Below, one piece after another: positions 50,563 to 63,498 of a DNA stretch of 64,000 nt. The notes under the pieces are model-generated. The model saw nothing but the letters and a program-made list of their open reading frames with translations. It was not told where the DNA came from and searched no databases. The stretch lies in NCBI GenBank assembly GCA_030390025.1, contig CM059432.1, forward strand, positions 137,456,001 to 137,520,000, written 5' to 3'. The DNA is from Squalus acanthias. Its lineage: Eukaryota. Numbering within the stretch: position 1 is the stretch's first letter; each line of letters opens with the position of its first letter. Made by a program: the position numbers and the translations under genes.

Positions 50563-50999
50563 AGTTAATACTGAGATTGGCAAGTTAGCGTTGATGGGGT
50601 TTTATTTTTCAATTTCCTTTTTCAGTCAACATTTCATTCTAACTTACAAGCCTCCGGCATGTTAACTTTAAACTAATAAAACTCTGTTCCTGTCAAACTC
50701 CCAACAGCCTGCTTACATATTTATGTGAGCCGTGCCTTGGTATTTGCAAGACATTCGCTCCAAGACCTCCCGTCTATTGGAATGCTATCCGTGCTTGAAA
50801 AATGTTACAAAGGTGACTTGTGAGTAAAGTACGACCCCCACCATTCTTTGACAGTGGACATCAAATATCGAGTTGCTGAGGTTCATTTCCAAGGGTTTCA
50901 AAATGTTGAGAGTCATTTCTGTGTGCCTTCCCTCTCGAGCGCCTACATACCATGTGCTTACAACTAGGATCGATTGTCATCGTTTGTGTTTCCGACAGA

Positions 51000-51410
51000 A
51001 AAAGAAAGACTTGCATTTATATAGCGCCTTTCATGACCTCGACGTTCCAAAGCGCTTTACAGCCAATGAAGTACTTTTTTGAAGTGTAGTCACCGTTATA
51101 ATGTAGGAAAACGCGGCAGCCAGTTTGTGCACAGCAAGCTTCCACAAACAGCAATGTGATAATGACCTGATAATCTGTTTTGGCGATGCTGGTTGATAAA
51201 TATTGGCCAGGACACCGGGGCGAACTCCCCCTGATCATCTTCGAAATTATGCCACGGGATCTTTTACGTCCATCTGAGAGGGCAGACCGGGTCTCGGTGT
51301 AACGTCTCATCTGAAAGACGGCACCTCCGACAGTGCAGCTCTCCCCCAGCACTGGGAGAGTCAGCCTAGATCATGTGCTCAAGTCTCTGGAGTGAGACTC
51401 GAACCCATGA
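51000..51410 (-). mobile_element. SacSINE1-like SINE
   Basis: Reverse complement of the consensus. Confidence 0.8.
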
Positions 51411-51775
51411 CCCTGGAACAGCCTGGCGTGCAGCCACGGTTACTGTTGGGGAACGGTTTGTGGTGCGGCAGGTGCTGGCTGGTTCTGCTGCCGAGCATTT
51501 CAGTTATTTAGTTGCAAGTGGTGTTTGGTTTGGTTTCAAGTTTTTGCTTGTTTGGATTGCGCCACGCACGAGATTGGTGGATGGGCTGATCTTGCTGCCA
51601 ACGGTGGCCTCGCTTACACACCAGGAGCCGGAAAGAGACTCGGGGGGGTGATCTGGAGCCGGCCCGCCTGGCCGACAGAAACCAGGAGCTTGGGGACTTT
51701 CACCACCGACGGCAAGGTCACCAGTCCAAAGCTGATTGGGGGCCCTTTATTAGCGTATCCATGTCAGGGCCCGAT

Positions 51776-52109
51776 AGAGTTTGCCAACTCTGGACAGATT
51801 CCCGGAGGTTTCATCACATGACCTCCCGCCTCCAACCGCCCCGTCCCCACTCTCCCGCCATTGGTTGCCCGACACGTTTATCCTCGCGGCACCCCACCTT
51901 CCCGCGGCCAATCGGAAAGCGAAAGGACTCTTCTTTACCCCATTGGACGATGCTTGACTGTCAGTCCAAACAGCCTTTTTTCCCCCCAATCTCCAATATT
52001 TCTATAACTAATAAACAGAAGCGTTGAAAGAAAATGAAAACCAGTGTCCTGGAGATTAATCTTCAATTCTTGGAGACTCCAGGCCAATCCTGGAGGGTTG
52101 GCGACCCTA
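51776..52109. mobile_element. hAT-like MITE nested in an older GC-rich MITE (~51572-52588)
   Basis: tagagtttgccaac / gttggcgacccta ends; degenerate 8-bp TSD gggcccga / ggtcctga. Confidence 0.7.
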
Positions 52110-52574
52110 GGTCCTGATGAAGTCACCAGGAGCCACCAGGTCTACCCAGAGAGGAAGTGGATTGGGGTCAGAAGAGGCCCCAAAGGGTTAAGTTTAAAAG
52201 GTTCACTTCCTTGTGGGCCAGAGGAGCAGGAGATTTCCTTGAGAAACTCTTAGGCCTCTGCTGCTGCGATCGCACCCTCTTTTTTTTCCCTTTCCCCTCC
52301 CCCACCGGTCGCAAGTAGCTCCCGGCGGGTCAACACAGCATGATCCCACAGACTTACTTGCTCTTGGCACGTGGCCTCTGGGCTGCGCAAATTTGCACCT
52401 TTTCCCTCTAACTTCTTGCCCCGGACAGGTGGGAAGTCAGCCGACGCATTTGAACGAGGCCTGGGAGTTTAAAAAAAATAAAATAAATCCTGGGGCCTCT
52501 TTTTTTTTGCTGCAGCTGGTGACCTTTGAACTGACCTCGAAGCTCAATCTGCCAAACACCAGCTCTCCCACCCA

Positions 52575-53200
52575 TTAATATCAGTCCACCTGCTGCCGAA
52601 ACCCTGGTCCATCTCTTTGTCACCTCCGGACTCGACTATTCCAGTGCTTTCCTGGCCGGCCTCCCGCCCTCTGTAAACTTGACCTCATGCAAAACTCTGC
52701 TGCCCGTAGCCGAACTCGCACCAAGTCCCGCTCACCTATCGCCCCTGTGCTGGCTGACCTACATTGGCTCCCCATCCGGCAACGCCTCGATTAAAAAAAA
52801 ATAAAAATAAATTCTCATCCTTTATTTTAAAATCCCTTCATGGCCCCCTCGCCCCCCCCCGCCCTATCTCTGTAACCCTCCTCCAAACCTACAAACCCTC
52901 CGAGATCTCTGCACTCCTACAAAACTGGCCTCTTGCACATCCCCGATTTTTAATCGCTCCACCTTTGGTGGTTTTGTGCCTTCAGCCGTGGAATTCCCTC
53001 CCTAAACACCTCTACCCCTCTCTCTCCTCCTTGAAGACGCTCTTTAAAACCACGCTCTTTGAACCTCCCTCTTTGACCCAGCTGCCATAGTATCTCCTTA
53101 TGTGGCCCAGTGTCAAATTTTGTCTGATAGCGCTCCTGTGAAGTGCCTTGGAACATGTTCTAACGTAAAACACGCTGTAGAGATGCAGGTTGCTGCTGTT
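52575..53200 (+). mobile_element. L2 3' fragment
   Basis: cggactcgactattcc...gctgacctacattggctc...tail. Confidence 0.8.
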
Positions 53201-53479
53201 GATTTCGATTAGCATGTACTGCCTTACTCTCCCTTTTCAGTAATATTGTGGTGTGTGTATATATTCAGAAGAAGTGTGCTGTTCATTTTTTTTTATGAAT
53301 ACTGAATCAGAAATCGTTTTTGTATTATTTTTTTTCCCTCCTCCTTGAAAAATAACAGGAAACCGTGGGCTTTGAGGAACATAACGACACATACGCTGTA
53401 ATCTGATTTCATCTGAGGCTGCACCCCGAGAGCCTGGAAGGTTGCTGTTGCATTTGCTCGGAACAAGCTCCCTTTTCAC

Positions 53480-53860
53480 ATCAGCCGGGGCTCAGTGGGT
53501 AGCACACTCGCCTCCGAGTCAGAAGGTTGTGGGTTCAAGTCCCACTCCAGGGACTTGAGCACAAAATCTAGGCTGACGCTCCCAGTGCAGTGCTGAGGGA
53601 GCGCTGCTCTCTCGGGTGGACGTAAAAGATCCCCGGGCACTATTTCGAAGAAGAGCAGCGGAGTTCTTCCAGGTGCCCCTGGCCCCAATATTTATCCCTC
53701 AACCAACATCACTAAAAACAGATTATCTGGTCATTATCACATTGCTGTTTGTGGGAGCTTGCTGTGTGCAAATTGGCTGCCGCGTTTACAACAGTGACTA
53801 CAGTAAAGCGCTTTGGGATGTCCTGAGGTCGTGAAAGGCGCTATAGCAATGCAAGTTCTT
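53480..53860 (+). mobile_element. SacSINE1-like SINE
   Basis: Head ggctcagtgggtagc / ggttcaagtccc; internal deletions. Confidence 0.85.
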
Positions 53861-54266
53861 TCATTCATTCTTTTTAGTTCAAATATTGGTGTAGCAGCTC
53901 ATGAAGGCAATTGCCTTTCTTTTTTTATCTTATTTCTCCCGGCAAGGGGGATTAAAACAAAAATGACAATTCGACAGATTCATTTTTCTATGAGTTGCCG
54001 ATTTTTCTCCTCTTCTCAACGCCAGCTTGCATTCACGCAGCGTCTTCCACACACTAAAACATCCCAAGGCATTTTCGCAGGAGGCCTCCTGACGCTTGGT
54101 GGGTTTCTCGGCCACCTTCTTGGGCTTCATCCAAGGGGGCCAATCTTCATCGGTCGAGACCTCGACATTGAGCATCTACAAGCTGTTGGAGGGGGGAGCG
54201 AGGTGGAGGGGTGTGCATCATGTTCATACCTACTCCTTTTTAATAGCCTTAGGTGGGGTGGTGGGC

Positions 54267-54632
54267 TAGGGTTGCCAACTCTAGTTGGGCGTATTCCTGA
54301 AGGTTTCATCATATGACCTCCTGCCTCCAACTGCCCCGCCCCCACACTCCCACCATTGGTTGCCCGGCGTGTCCATCCTTGCGGTGCCCCGCCTTCCCCT
54401 GGCCAACTGGGAAATTAATCTTTGTTAACCGATTGGATGATTCTTGACTCTCAGCCTTTTTCCCCCCCATATTTTTACAACTAATAAGCAAAAGTGTTCA
54501 AAGAAAATGTTAAAACACTTTTTTTTAAAGCCCCTATAATTGTTCTCCCAGGGGTTGCTCGCTGCAGTGTCCTGGAGATTAGTCTTAAATTCCTGGAGAA
54601 GCCAGGCCAATCCTGGAGGGTTGGCAACTCTA
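54267..54632. mobile_element. hAT-like MITE
   Basis: TAGGGTTGCCAAC / GTTGGCAACTCTA ends. Confidence 0.75.
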
Positions 54633-55579
54633 GGGGGGAATGGGGAGGGTGTGGAAAGAAAACTGCGGGGAAAATTGAGTCGGCGCACGAGACCCTGTAC
54701 AGAATCTTGTTTTCAACAAAGTGAAGACATAGGTTGAGCAAGAGTATATAGGATCCTACACTTAAAGCGAGGGAGAGATGTCAGGAAGAATCCTTGGAGA
54801 GCTAAGTATTCTAAACACCATACATGGTGCTTATAGCTCCAGGCTGCTTTGAATATGTTCAAAGCAAATATACAGTGATATTGTTTCACTTTATTATAAT
54901 TCCACATTATCATTTTTCACTGCAAGCCACATGTCTCCATCAAGTGGGAAGACCCTCCAGCGTGACACTTGTTCTGTCGATGAGCTGAATTATTCAGCAG
55001 AGGGAGGACGGCCTGATGATACAAGCTTATCTTGTTACATCCTCTAAGGCTGCCGGGACTAACTGCTGAATGAAATTATTGCTTAGAAGTGCTGTGTGAA
55101 TCTGAGCACTCTAATGAGGTGATTAAACATCATAAAGTGAATTAACACAAAGGTTTGCAAAACAGGCACTGTGAGATTTATTAAATGTGGCCCTTTTTTT
55201 TTTCATTATTGGATATTCCCTATTTGAGACTTCAGATAGAAGTTGCGAAATTGGGCTGCGTAGGCGGAGGGCAATCTTGGCTTTCTTTTAAGGTGATGTA
55301 TTTGATCATTCTTTTGCAAACCAGCTTCCTGAAAGCTTGTGCCTGACTACTCTGCAGCCCTCAAACATAAAGAGACAGAAAGAACCTGCATTTATATAAA
55401 AGCAAAATGTTGCGGATTCTGGAAATCCGAAATAAAAACAGAAAATGCTGGCAATACTCGGCATGTTAGCATTTATATAGCGCTCTTCACAACCTTAGGA
55501 TGTCCCAAAGTGCTTTACTGCCAATTAAGTACTTTAAAAATGTAGTCAACGTTGTGATGTAGGAAATGCGGCAGCCAAT

Positions 55580-56283
55580 TCTTGGGATGTTGGCGTCACT
55601 AGCAAGGCCAGCATTTATTGCCCATCCCTAGTTGCCCGTGAGAAGGTGGTGGTGAGCTGCCTTCTTGAACCGCTGCAGTCCGTGTGGTGAAGGTGCTCCC
55701 ACAGTGCTGTTAGGTAGGGAGTTCCAGTATGATGACCCAGCGACGATGAAGATACGGTAACATATATCCAAGTCGGCATGGTATGTGACTTGGAGGTGGT
55801 GGTGGTCCCATGCGCCTGCTGCCCTTGTTCTTCTAGCTGGTGGAGGTCGCGGTTTTGGGAGGTGCTGTCGAAGATGCCTTGGCAAGTTGCTGCAGTGCAT
55901 CCTGTAGCTAGCGCACACAGCAGCCACAGTGTGTCAGTGGTGGAGCGAACGGATGTTTAAGGTGGTGAATGGGCTACCAATCAAGCAGGCTGCTTTGTCC
56001 TGGATGGTGTCGAGCTTCTTGAGTGTTGTTGGAGTTGCACTCATCCAGGCAAGTGGAGAGTATTCCATCGCACTCCTGACTTGTGCCTTGTAGATGGTTG
56101 AAAGGCTTTGGGGAGTCAGGAGTTGAGTCGCTCGCGGCAGAATACCCAGCCTCTGATCTGCCCTTGTAGCCATAGTATTTATGTGGCTGGTCCAATTAAG
56201 CTTCTGGTCAGTGGTGGCCCCCAGGATGTTGAAGGTGGGGGATTCGGCGATGGTAATGCCGTTGAATGTCAAGGGGCGGTGGT
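55580..56283 (-). mobile_element. CR1/L2-group LINE 3' fragment
   Basis: Minus ORF ILGATTDQKLNWTSHI...IYKAQVRSAMEYSPLAW. Confidence 0.85.
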
Positions 56284-57100
56284 TCATGGAACCCTGCTGA
56301 AAGAAGAAAGGGTAAATTTATGAAATTGCACTGGTGACACACAGCCTCGATCGCTGGGAGTAACAATTGTGCATTTGGTGCCTACCATGATTGTGGGCGG
56401 AGGAAATGCACACCTGGTATCCCAATGTGCACTGCAAGCAGGTCAAGCTTGGCTCCAGGAGTAGAGTTCTGTAAAATTACCCCTATAATGTTTACCTTAT
56501 GATTCCCATATACAGCGAAACCTGCATAAACAGACACTGCCAAAAAGTGGATATTTATTGAGAGACCCAAATAACTGGCATGGTAAAATATACAAGAGGC
56601 ACTCTGAGACCACAGACACTCGCAAATTACGAACTACAGACAGCTTTCAATGCACCAACTCTCTTTCACAACTGCAAACACAGGACACAGCCTGTTGCAA
56701 AACTGGGTTCCATGAACCACTTCCACTTCCCCTTGACATTCAATGGCATTACCTCTTCATGGGGATCGCAGTTAAAAGTTGGGCTGTTTCTAACGAGGGT
56801 TCAAAAGTAGCAATGGCAGAGTGCCAGAATGAAACCTGACCCAGGGAGAACTAAGGAGTGAAGAAGTCGATCACTTTTGAGTACATTAAAAAGAAAACTT
56901 TAGTGTGATTTTACTACAGTGCGCTCATTACTGCTGGGGTCCTAGTGTTCAGGTACTTCATAAAAGCAGTGTCTCTCTCTTGCATCTGGCTTTATAGATT
57001 CTCTCCACTTACATGAAAAACGTGCCAAATCCTAGGTTTCTACTGGTGAAAGATCACAATGACTTCTTTTATTATTACCGAAAAACACGCAAATTGCACA

Positions 57101-57220
57101 AAAAGCAAAAAACTGCGGATGCTGGAAATCAGAAAATGCTGGAAACACTCAACAGGCCAGGCAGCATCTGTGGAGAGAGAAACCGAGTTAACGTTTCAGG
57201 TCGATGGCCGTTCATCAGAA
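57101..57220 (-). mobile_element. PLE tail with hammerhead core
   Basis: Minus CTGATGA-A-CGGCC-ATC-GACCT-GAAAC-GTT-AACT (57186-57218). Confidence 0.7.
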
Positions 57221-57245
57221 AATAGCAGTTGTTTTAATTTAATTA

Positions 57246-59210
57246 CACTGGGTGTTTTATCCATTGTATAATGACAAAAGCACCTTGAAGCTGAAATAAA
57301 AATCAAAATTGGAATAAAGCTTCTCCAGTGTTTTGTCATATAGAATTTAAAATATCTTTACATTTGTCTTCATTGAAATTGTTTTTAATGAACCGAATCT
57401 GCTTTCCCTAAGCTCTGGAATTCCCTCCCTAAACCTCTCCACCTCTCTCTCCTCCTTTTAAGATGCTCCTTAAGAGTGTCTTAAAGGAGGAGAGAGCTCC
57501 TTAAGAATGTCAGCTGTGGCTCAGTGGGCAGCACTCTCGCCTGTGAGTTAGAAGGTTGTGGGTTTCTTCCACTCCAGAGACTTGAGCATAAAAACCTAGA
57601 CTGACACTCTAGTGCAGTTCTGAGGGAATGCTGCACTGTCGGAGGTGCTGTCTTTTGGATGAGACATTAAACCGAGGCCCCGTCTGCCCTCTCAGGTGGA
57701 CGTAAAAGATCCCATGGCACGATTTCAAGAAGAGCAGGGGAGTTCTCCCCGGTGTCCTGGCCAATATTTGTCCCTCAGTCAGCATAACAAAAACAGATTA
57801 TCTGGTCATTATCACATTGCTGTTTGTGGGAGCTTGCTGTGCGCAAATTGGCTGCCGCATTTCCTGCACTTACAACAGTGACTACACTCCAAAAAGTACT
57901 TAATTGGCTGTAAAGCGCTTTGGGACATCCAGTGGATGTGAAAGGCGCCATATAAATGCAAGTCTTTCTTAAAACCTACCTCTTTGACCAAGCTTTAGGT
58001 CATCTGCCCTAATATCTCCTCATGTGGCTAGGTGGCAACTTTTGTTTGATAATCGCTCCTGTGAAGCACCTTGGGACGTTTTACTACATTAAAGGCACTA
58101 TATAAATGCAAGTTGTTGTTGTTGCTGTTGCTCAGATCCTGTCTGATATGTCATGTTAGTGAATTGGACCTTTGGATTCTCTTCCAATTTGTGTTACTCA
58201 CACGAGTCTTTCGATAACGGCACAGCAGATCAATAAGCAGAAGCTGCTTGAGGCATAGAAACCACAGCGCAGAAGGGGCCATTCGGCCCATTGCACCTGT
58301 GCTAGTGATGGCTCTTCTATTCTGATCCTAATTCCCGTCCCTCAGTTTAAGCAACTTTGAATGAAGAGTTGACTGTATTCAGTAACTTCTTCAATTACAA
58401 CCTGATCTGGAGTGAATGGATTGCATTCTAATTAGAAGTTAATATAACGAGTGAGCTGAAAGGTGTTGTACTTATTTTAAAAACCAGGCAACTGCTACTT
58501 TGTTGTTCGGTTAATAAAATAAGATTTAAAACAAAAGAAAGCTTAGCTAAGTAAAGCATGTTTAACAAATAGCAATGGAACGATGTTACAGCTGTGTGGT
58601 ATCATAGCCATTAGCTTGCATCATAATGGGTGGTTGGAAGAAGGGTGTGTGAAGTGCATGTGTTGTTTTGCAATGGTTTCCTAGGTTACCCACATATTAC
58701 ATTAACAGTGTGTTTTTGAGTTTTTTTTCCTCACCTCTTACACCACTGGGTATTTTATTCATTGTTTAATGACAAAGGCACCTTGAAGCTGAAATAAAAA
58801 ATCTAAATTGGAATCAAGCTTCTCCTGTGTTTTGTCATATAGAATTTAAAATAAACTTTACATTTGTCTTAATTGAAATTTATGGACAGAATCTGCTTTA
58901 TTCTACCCTAAGCTCTGGAATTCCTTCCTTAAAACTCTCCGCCTCTCTACCGCGCTCTCCTTCTTTAAGACATTCCTTAATACGTACTTCTGTGAGCACA
59001 CCTGTCCTAATATCTCCTTATGTGGCTCGGTGTCAAATTTTGTCTTCTAAAACTCCTGTGAAGCGCCTTGGGACGTTTTACTATGTTAAAGGCGCTATAT
59101 AAATGCAAGTTGTTGTTGCTCAGATCCTGTGTCTGATGTACAAGTGTGTCATATTAGTGAATCTGACCTTTGGATTCTCTTCTGATTTGTGTTACTCACC
59201 CTAGTCTTTG
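57246..59210 (+). repeat. Diverged tandem duplication (units ~57246-58210 and ~58744-59210)
   Basis: Unique flanks and the same L2 insertion are present in both units; unit 1 additionally has a SINE at 57508-57970. Confidence 0.8.
57508..57970 (+). mobile_element. Full-length SacSINE1-like SINE nested in L2
   Basis: L2 tail resumes (aaaacctacctctttgacc) after 57970. Confidence 0.85.
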
Positions 59211-59239
59211 TGTTACTCATACTAGTCTTTGTGTTAATG

Positions 59240-59668
59240 GGTTGAGTCAGAAGGTTGTGGGTTCAGGTCCTACTCCAGAGACTTGAGCATAAAAATCTAG
59301 ACTGACACTCTAGTGCAGTTCTGAGGGAATGCTTCACTGTCGGAGGTGCCGTCTTTCAGATGAAATGTAAAACCGAGGCCCCGTCTGCTCTCTCAGGTGG
59401 ACGTAAAAGATCCCATGGCACTATTTCGAAGAAGAGCAGGGGAGTTCTCCCCGGTGTCCTAACTAATATATATTCTTCACTCAACATCACCAGAACAGAT
59501 TATCTGGTCAATGTCACATTGCTCTTTGTGGAACCTTGCTGTGCGCAAATTGGCTGCCGCGTTTCCTACACTACAACAATGGCTACATTTTAAAAAGTAC
59601 TTCATTGGCTGTAAAGTGCTTTGGGACGTCCTGAGGTCATGAAAGGAGGTGTATAAATGCAAGTCTTT
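59240..59668 (+). mobile_element. SacSINE1-like SINE
   Basis: Consensus match. Confidence 0.85.
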
Positions 59669-60002
59669 GATTCTGATTCAAAGAAAAAATCTGTTTTCCC
59701 AGATCCAGATGGATCTTGTTATCTATCAACAATTACATAACCTGATGTCTTGCTCGGGCAGTTTTTTAAAAACTATTTGCTTGCAAGCATTCAATGGGCC
59801 AATTGAAAAGCAGGGTTGGTGATGTCTCACTAACGGCCAATTCTGATGGACTATGTCTACCCCCTCCCGAAGCACAGATACTGTCCCAAGATCTATCATC
59901 TTGCTTTGTGTGTCTGGACTGTTAGTTTTTCACACTGCATTAATCCGATGCCAGCAAGTCCTATGTTTATACAGAGAAAATTTCCAAACATAACACTTTG
60001 TA

Positions 60003-60197
60003 TAAAATAACAGCAGAAAATGCTGGAGACACTCAGGCAGGCCAAGCAGCATCCGTGAAGAGAGAAACAGAGTTAACGTTTCAGGTCTGTGACCCTTTGT
60101 CAGAACTGGAAAAAGTTAGGGATGTAACAGGTTTTAAGCAGGTGCGGAGGCAGGGAAAGGGGGGGAGCGGAGGAAGGAACTAAAGGGACGGTCTGTG
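60003..60197 (-). mobile_element. PLE tail with hammerhead motif (G8-to-A)
   Basis: Minus AGTT-CTGACAA-A-GGGTC-ACA-GACCT-GAAAC-GTT-AACT (60071-60107). Confidence 0.7.
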
Positions 60198-60367
60198 CTA
60201 GAATGTATATTTGCTTGCAAGTTTACTGAAAAATAATTCCTGGTGTTTCAATAGAATGCATGTATATTTTTTTCCTTTTTAATTAATAACAAGTGGAGTA
60301 GGATTACTGCTATCTTTCAGGGCACCAATTTGTATTTGGATGGCTAGTAGATAGTATCTTCTTGCAC

Positions 60368-60734
60368 TAGGGTTGCCAACTCTGGCTGGATGTATTTCTG
60401 GAGGTGTCGTCACATGACCTTTCGCCTCCAAACCCCCATGCTCCCCCATTGGTCAAGCCCATCTTCACGATGCCCTGCCTTCCCATACCCAAGTGTAAAG
60501 TGAACAGACCCTTTGCTACCTGATTGGATGATGTTTGACTGTCAGTCAGACAGCCAATCTTCCCATCTCCTATCTTTTTACAACTCGTAAATAAGAGTGC
60601 TCAAAGAAAATGAAAACAACACTTTTTTTTAATGACCCTATGATTTTTCTCCTGGTTTGCTCGCAGCCGTGTCCTGGAGATTAATCTCTAATTACTGGAT
60701 ACCCCAGGCCAATCCTGGAGGCTTGGCAACCCTA
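60368..60734. mobile_element. hAT-like MITE with 8-bp TSD
   Basis: TAGGGTTGCCAA / TTGGCAACCCTA TIRs; TSD tcttgcac / acttgcac. Confidence 0.8.
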
Positions 60735-61639
60735 ACTTGCACCCATATTGCATGGCTTACACTTGTGTCCCTGGCATTTTGGCAACCCCCCCCCCCCCCG
60801 ATGGGTTGAAGTCAGACTGTCTGGGTTAGGAAACATAACTGCCATATTTTTACAATGGCTAGCTAACCTTAGTGACCTTGCGTATAGTGAGTTACACTAT
60901 TACAGTGGGGGAGGAGGGAGCATTCAGGTATAAGAGCACTTGGGTGAGCTGAATGTAGATACAAACATACGATATTGATGGGTAGGAAAAGACCAGTTGG
61001 TCCATCAAGCCTGCCCCGCACCGTGATGGCTGGAGCTTCATGACCAAACTCTTCTTACCCCTCACCCCTCTCCCCCCCCCTGCCTCATCCCCCATAATTT
61101 CCTAGAAGAAGCAAAAAGACAAAAAAAAACCCGGAGGAAAAAATACTTGGAAAATTCCTCTCCAGCCCCCTTGGACAATCGAAACCAGTCCAGGAGATCA
61201 CACGGACCGAGTGTTCTCGATAAAGACACTTGCCTTCTAGATGATGCCATCTCTGCCCCAGTCAGGAACCGGTCCAGCTCCCTCTTGTGTGTGAATTTTT
61301 ATAGGGGGATGTGGGGTTTGGGATTGGGGCGTGTATATGATGGGGGGGGGAGCATGAATAGCGAGATTGAAAGACTCAGATTGGGGAAGACTAGGAAAGG
61401 ATGGAACGTGGAAGCTTTATTATTGCGTCCAAATGATTGTGAGAGCACGCTCGCTGTTTCGCCTCGAGCTGACTGTTGAGCAATGTTGCTGTGCTACATA
61501 GAAGTTTGCAGCATTACTAGTGTGATCTGGGTTGTGCAGGGACCGATATTATTCATGAGCAAACAGCCATGAATGATTGTGGGCGGGGAAGGGAAGGATT
61601 GCTCTGATCGGTTACTGTATGTAGTGATGTTACGATTAC

Positions 61640-62130
61640 TTCAGTTATGTGGAGAGACTGGAGAAGCTGGGACTGTTCTCCTTTTAGAGCAGAGAATGTT
61701 AAGGGGAGATTTAAATAGAGGTGTTCAGAATTATGATGGAGTAAATGAGGAGAAACTGGCAGGAGGTTTGGTAACCAGAGGACGCAGACTTAAGCTAATT
61801 GGCAAAAGAACCAGGGGGAAGATGAGAAATTTTGAGAGACTAAATATGGAGAAACTATTTCCACTGGCAGAAACCAGAGTGGTGGTCGAGGAGAATTTTT
61901 TTTTTTTACACGAGAGTTGTTATGATCTGGAATGCACTGCCTGAAAGGGTGGTGGAAGCAGATTCAATAATAACTTTCAAAAGGGACTTGGATAAATACT
62001 TGAAGAAAAGGAAACATTTACAGGGCTATGGGGGAAGAGCAGGGGCAGTGGGACTAATTGGATAGCTCTTCAAAGAGCCGGTACAGGCACGACGGGCCGA
62101 ATGACCTCCTCCTCCTCCTCTGCTGTGTGA
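61640..62130 (+). mobile_element. CR1 3' fragment
   Basis: Matches the 36300-36718 family. Confidence 0.75.
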
Positions 62131-62678
62131 TTTTAGGAAAATCCATTTTGCATGCTCTTGGACTGCTGTGTCTTGACAATTGCAGGCACAGGTGTAGTTG
62201 ATGGCTCTCTTCAGCCAGTAATAGCTCAGGGTCAAGATGCCAACTGCAGACTCATCCGTTAACTGTCTCGGGCAGGCATCCTAGAAATGACATTGAAGAT
62301 GGTACTCAAAAGACAGTTTTACAAGTAAGCTTAATTCTGTTGGTGTGAAATGTGTCAGTGCCAGGCAAAGGGCAGTAAAATCCAGCAGGCAGTCGATCTA
62401 CAACATCGACCCCAGAATTCTGAGCTGTCGACAGTAGGTTGAGGGGGAAACGGAAAGGTGAATAAAACACACTTTTCAAGAAGTATTTTGGTTGGGTTTG
62501 CCTTCCCTTCTCCTGACTGGTCATTCACAGGCTACTTGCTTTCATAAGTTCTCCTTTTAAGGAAATCAAGAAGAGTGCCATGACTGTGCGCTATCGTATG
62601 TTAGTAGCGCTGCATATGGTGAATTGGGCGATGCAATGTTTTATACCAAAAGGCTTGTTATGCCATGTATCGCACATT

Positions 62679-63498
62679 GGGGGTTAAATTGGGTCACGTA
62701 GCGCCCGTTTTTCAGGCGCTACGCGGCCTCCTAAGCCCCCAACCAGAAGTGTGCCATCCGCCATATTTGGTAAAGACCAAACAAGGCGTCCTTTACCCAT
62801 GCCTGAAGCAGGCGTTAGGCCCCTTTGCATATGTAAGTAAGGGGCCTGACGCTTGCCTCAGCTCCCCCGTTGCAACATTGGTTTTCCCCGAGTGCCTCTG
62901 GGGAAAGCCAACCCTAAACATCGCGTAAATAAATAAAAGGTAAGTACTTACTGACGTAAGAAAACTACTAGGCACTTGGTCTAAGCGTTAAACAAAGCTT
63001 TAATCAACTGTTTTATAACATGGAGGTCTAGTTGTGTCCATCACTAGTTCTTGTTAAGAATGTCCTGCGCAAGCTGAGCCCGTGCCCGAGTATTTATACT
63101 CTCGCTGAACAGCGCCACCCGCAGGCCACTCAGTATTATTTCATAAGTCTGTCTTTCATGAATGACAGATTCATGTCACTTATCACAATCAGCACCCCGA
63201 TCGCCGCCGCTCTCGGTCCCGAGATCCAGGCCTCCCCTAACCCTCCGATTCCTCCCCCCCCCCCCGCCCCCCCGGCCCACCAATCCCATCTCCGAGGGCC
63301 CGACCCCGAGCTCAAGCACTTACCTCTGGGCCTCTGCACGAGCAGCAGCCCAAATTTGGGGCACCTAACTCCTCCTGCAGCGTATGATGAGGTCCGAGGC
63401 CCAAAACCCTGGACTCCACAGACCTTGCCATTTGTGCGCGGGGGGAATAACACTGGGGTGGGGGCAGGGGGCGGTGCGGCGCTCCGAATTTAACCCCC
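62679..63498. mobile_element. Harbinger-like MITE, TSD ATT
   Basis: ATT|GGGGGTTAAATTGGG ... CCGAATTTAACCCCC|ATT. Confidence 0.85.

Noticed and set aside
53480..53550. tRNA gene
   Set aside because: A/B-box-like head continues into the SINE body; SINE, not tRNA (same for other copies).
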